A DNA stretch of 64,000 bases from an uncultured delta proteobacterium (GTDB lineage: Bacteria > Desulfobacterota > Syntrophorhabdia > Syntrophorhabdales > WCHB1-27): the NCBI GenBank assembly GCA_963810935.1, contig CAWEPK010000001.1, positions 64,001-128,000 of the forward strand, given 5' to 3'. Made by a program: the position numbers and the translations under genes. The notes under the pieces are model-generated. The model was not told the DNA's origin and made no database searches. It saw only the letters and a program-made list of their open reading frames with translations. Positions 62,125-64,000 of the stretch are shown piece by piece (positions within the stretch are counted from its first letter, which is position 1; every line of letters begins with the position of its first letter).

Positions 62125-62809
62125 AAGGAGTCTGACGGGTTGCTTCAGGTGCCTGATTATCTTTCCGTCCACCAGGAATATGACCAGCTCGGCGATGTTG
62201 ACCGCGTGATCGGCCAGTCTTTCGAGATATTTGCCTATGAAGAGCAGCCTGGTGGCGCGTGAGATGGTCTTCAGGTCCTCTGACATATAGGTCAGCAGGC
62301 TCGCGGAAGACCTGCTCTGTAACATGGTCCACCTTCTCGTCGTCGCTCATGACCTTCGACGCCAGACGCGTGTCTTCCTTCACGAACGCCTCAAGCGATT
62401 CTTTCACCATAGTCTGGGCGATCTCGGCCACGTGAGGCAGGTCGATATACGGCTTCAACTGGGGCTCCAGGTTCAGGTCGAGCACCCGCTCGCAAACGTT
62501 GACCGCCATGTCCCCCATGCGCTCAAGGTCGTAGTTGATCTTTATAGCAGTCGTGATGAATCGAAGGTCCTTTGCCGCAGGCTGCCTGAGGGCGAGCAGC
62601 TTCAGGCAAAACTCCTCTATCTCGACCTCGTTCCTGTTTATGTCGTCATCGTCAGCGATTACGCGTCTCGCCAGCTCGGAGTCCCTGTTTTGCAGGGCAT
62701 CGATGGCATTGCGCACTGCCTTCTCGACAAGCGACCCTTCAAAAAGGATCTTTGCCTTCAGCTCCCTAAGCTCTTCATCGAAAAGCTTGTAAATATGTCC
62801 CTCGATCAA
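62121..62809 (-). CDS. phoU: phosphate signalling protein PhoU; +1 frameshift at about 62299 and probably another near 62138
   Basis: LALRQPAAKDLR, DLERMGD, then YLERLADHAVNIAE in the shifted frame. Confidence 0.9.
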
Positions 62810-62931
62810 TAGTTATGCCCTCCCCACCCAATTATAGAATGTTTTCGTACGGGACACAATAGCGCCGATAACCGGGCTGGGCTGACCCACCGATCTAATC
62901 GTGAAAAACCGTGCCGCCGTGTCCCTTTCTC

Positions 62932-62979
62932 TTTATGAGGGGGCGACCGGGTACCCGCTGCGGGTGTCCCGGTAATTGG
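62932..62979 (+). repeat. REP-like element, family B (short)
   Basis: tttatgagggggcgaccgggtacccgctgcgggtgtcccggtaattgg; both ends shared with the 37608 copy. Confidence 0.55.
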
Positions 62980-62993
62980 CCCGTTCACATCGC

Positions 62994-63022
62994 TTGACAC
63001 AACGGCGCCAATTTTGTATACA
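62994..63022 (+). promoter_or_regulatory. sigma70-type promoter
   Basis: TTGACA-N17-TATACA. Confidence 0.65.
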
Positions 63023-63064
63023 TATACGGCAACATTGAACGTGCAGACAGGAGAGGAGCTTAAA

Positions 63065-63121
63065 GTGACGACGCACAACTATTCCTTTTTCTTTTTTAGG
63101 AGGGCTCATCCTTGCCCCTGA
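63065..63121 (+). CDS. Phe-rich attenuator leader peptide MTTHNYSFFFFRRAHPCP
   Basis: AGGAGAGGAG RBS, GTG start, Tyr-Ser followed by four consecutive Phe codons. Confidence 0.75.
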   Translation: MTTHNYSFFFFRRAHPCP

Positions 63122-63177
63122 CGTGAGATAGCGACAGGAGCCGTGGGTGAGCCCTTTGCGCGCCCGCGGCTTTTTTG
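63101..63177 (+). promoter_or_regulatory. transcription attenuator (antiterminator/terminator)
   Basis: Antiterminator agggctcatcc (63101-63111) pairs with gggtgagccct (63145-63155); this excludes terminator gagccgtgggtg (63138-63149)/cgcccgcggctt (63161-63172) + U-tract. Confidence 0.75.
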
Positions 63178-63266
63178 TTTCGATTGAAAGGCCGTGGGAC
63201 CAAAAGTCTCACGGCCTTTCGGCTTGTTCGGGCACCATCAGACCATCGATAAGGAGGACGTTTTAA

Positions 63267-64000
63267 ATGGCCGTCAACATCCAGAAACCAATCCGGCTGA
63301 CCGGGCACCTTTTCCAGTTGGGGACCCCTGCCTTTCCCGTCTATCTCTCGATAGGGAAGGAAGCGATGCTCGTGGAGGGCGGAACAGGCGCCACGTTCCG
63401 GATGATCGTCGACCAAATCGATTATCTCGGGATCGACCCGGAAACGATCAAGTATATAGTCCTGACCCATTCCCACCCCGACCATATAGGCGCCGTCCCG
63501 CACCTTCAGCGCGCCTGGCCGCATATGCGGCTCCTCACGAGCGCGACGGGCAAAGAGGTGCTGGGCAAGACCACGCTCTTCAAGCAGTTCCAGATCGTAG
63601 ACCTGGGGATAGCGCAACTCATGAAGGCAAAGGGAGAGATAGACGCGCTGCCCGACCCGATAAAATATTACGCCTTCCAGGTAGACTCCGTCGTGAAAGA
63701 GGGAGACAGGATCGATTTGGGGGGAGGCATCGTATGGCGCGTTTACGAGACGCCCGGCCATTCACCCTGCCATATCTCGCTTTTTGAGGAGCGGGAGAAA
63801 ACCCTGGCCCTGGGGGACGCGGGCGGCTTTTACGTGCCCGGAAAGTGCGCCTTCTGGCCCAACTATTTCGAGTCCCTCGACAAGTACTGCGCGAGCCTCA
63901 GAAAGCTCGCCTCTCTTCCCGCCTGCCGGGCCGTCCTTAGCCACAACGGCATGATCGATGGCGACGTATCGGGTCACCTGCAAAAAGCCATGAAAGCGGC
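63267..64000 (+). CDS. MBL-fold metallo-hydrolase (truncated by window end)
   Basis: AAGGAGG RBS; THSHPDHIG, ETPGHS, GDA, SHNG motifs (absent from the ORF track because it has no stop in the window). Confidence 0.9.
   Translation, partial: MAVNIQKPIRLTGHLFQLGTPAFPVYLSIGKEAMLVEGGTGATFRMIVDQIDYLGIDPETIKYIVLTHSHPDHIGAVPHLQRAWPHMRLLTSATGKEVLGKTTLFKQFQIVDLGIAQLMKAKGEIDALPDPIKYYAFQVDSVVKEGDRIDLGGGIVWRVYETPGHSPCHISLFEEREKTLALGDAGGFYVPGKCAFWPNYFESLDKYCASLRKLASLPACRAVLSHNGMIDGDVSGHLQKAMKA

Noticed and set aside
62810..62930. Pho box upstream of phoU-pst
   Set aside because: No convincing 11-bp-period direct repeats seen by eye

Overview
A GC-rich bacterial chromosomal window. Gene content (split F0 atpZ-I-B-E operon, Rex, flavin reductase-rubredoxin fusion, FAD/CCG oxidoreductases) suggests an anaerobic Desulfobacterota-like organism, possibly Syntrophorhabdaceae; this is inference only. 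Ordinary genes include bfr, a hybrid histidine kinase, F0 ATP synthase genes, cls, rlpA, a nucleoside transporter, a TetR-acrAB-oprM efflux operon, two ABC-2 pairs, an MltF-like enzyme, UPF0182 and phoU-pstSCABB. I saw no rRNA, tRNA, CRISPR array, transposase or integrase. Most notable items: (1) a translationally coupled operon of MoxR-like AAA+ ATPase, an 11x37-aa beta-repeat protein and an HExxH-VWA protein (46341-51480); (2) a Phe-rich leader-peptide attenuator upstream of a metallo-beta-lactamase-fold hydrolase (63065-63177); (3) a cstA + small protein + two GET3/ArsA ATPase operon whose ATPases carry reciprocal motif changes, one apparently starting at ATT; (4) an orphan ModE-like box over a promoter, followed by a structured RNA candidate; (5) two families of dispersed REP/MITE-like repeats; (6) several single-base frameshifts, probably assembly errors, four of them at GAGCTG, hinting at a DNA-modification motif. 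All family assignments come from motif recognition by eye; no database search was run.
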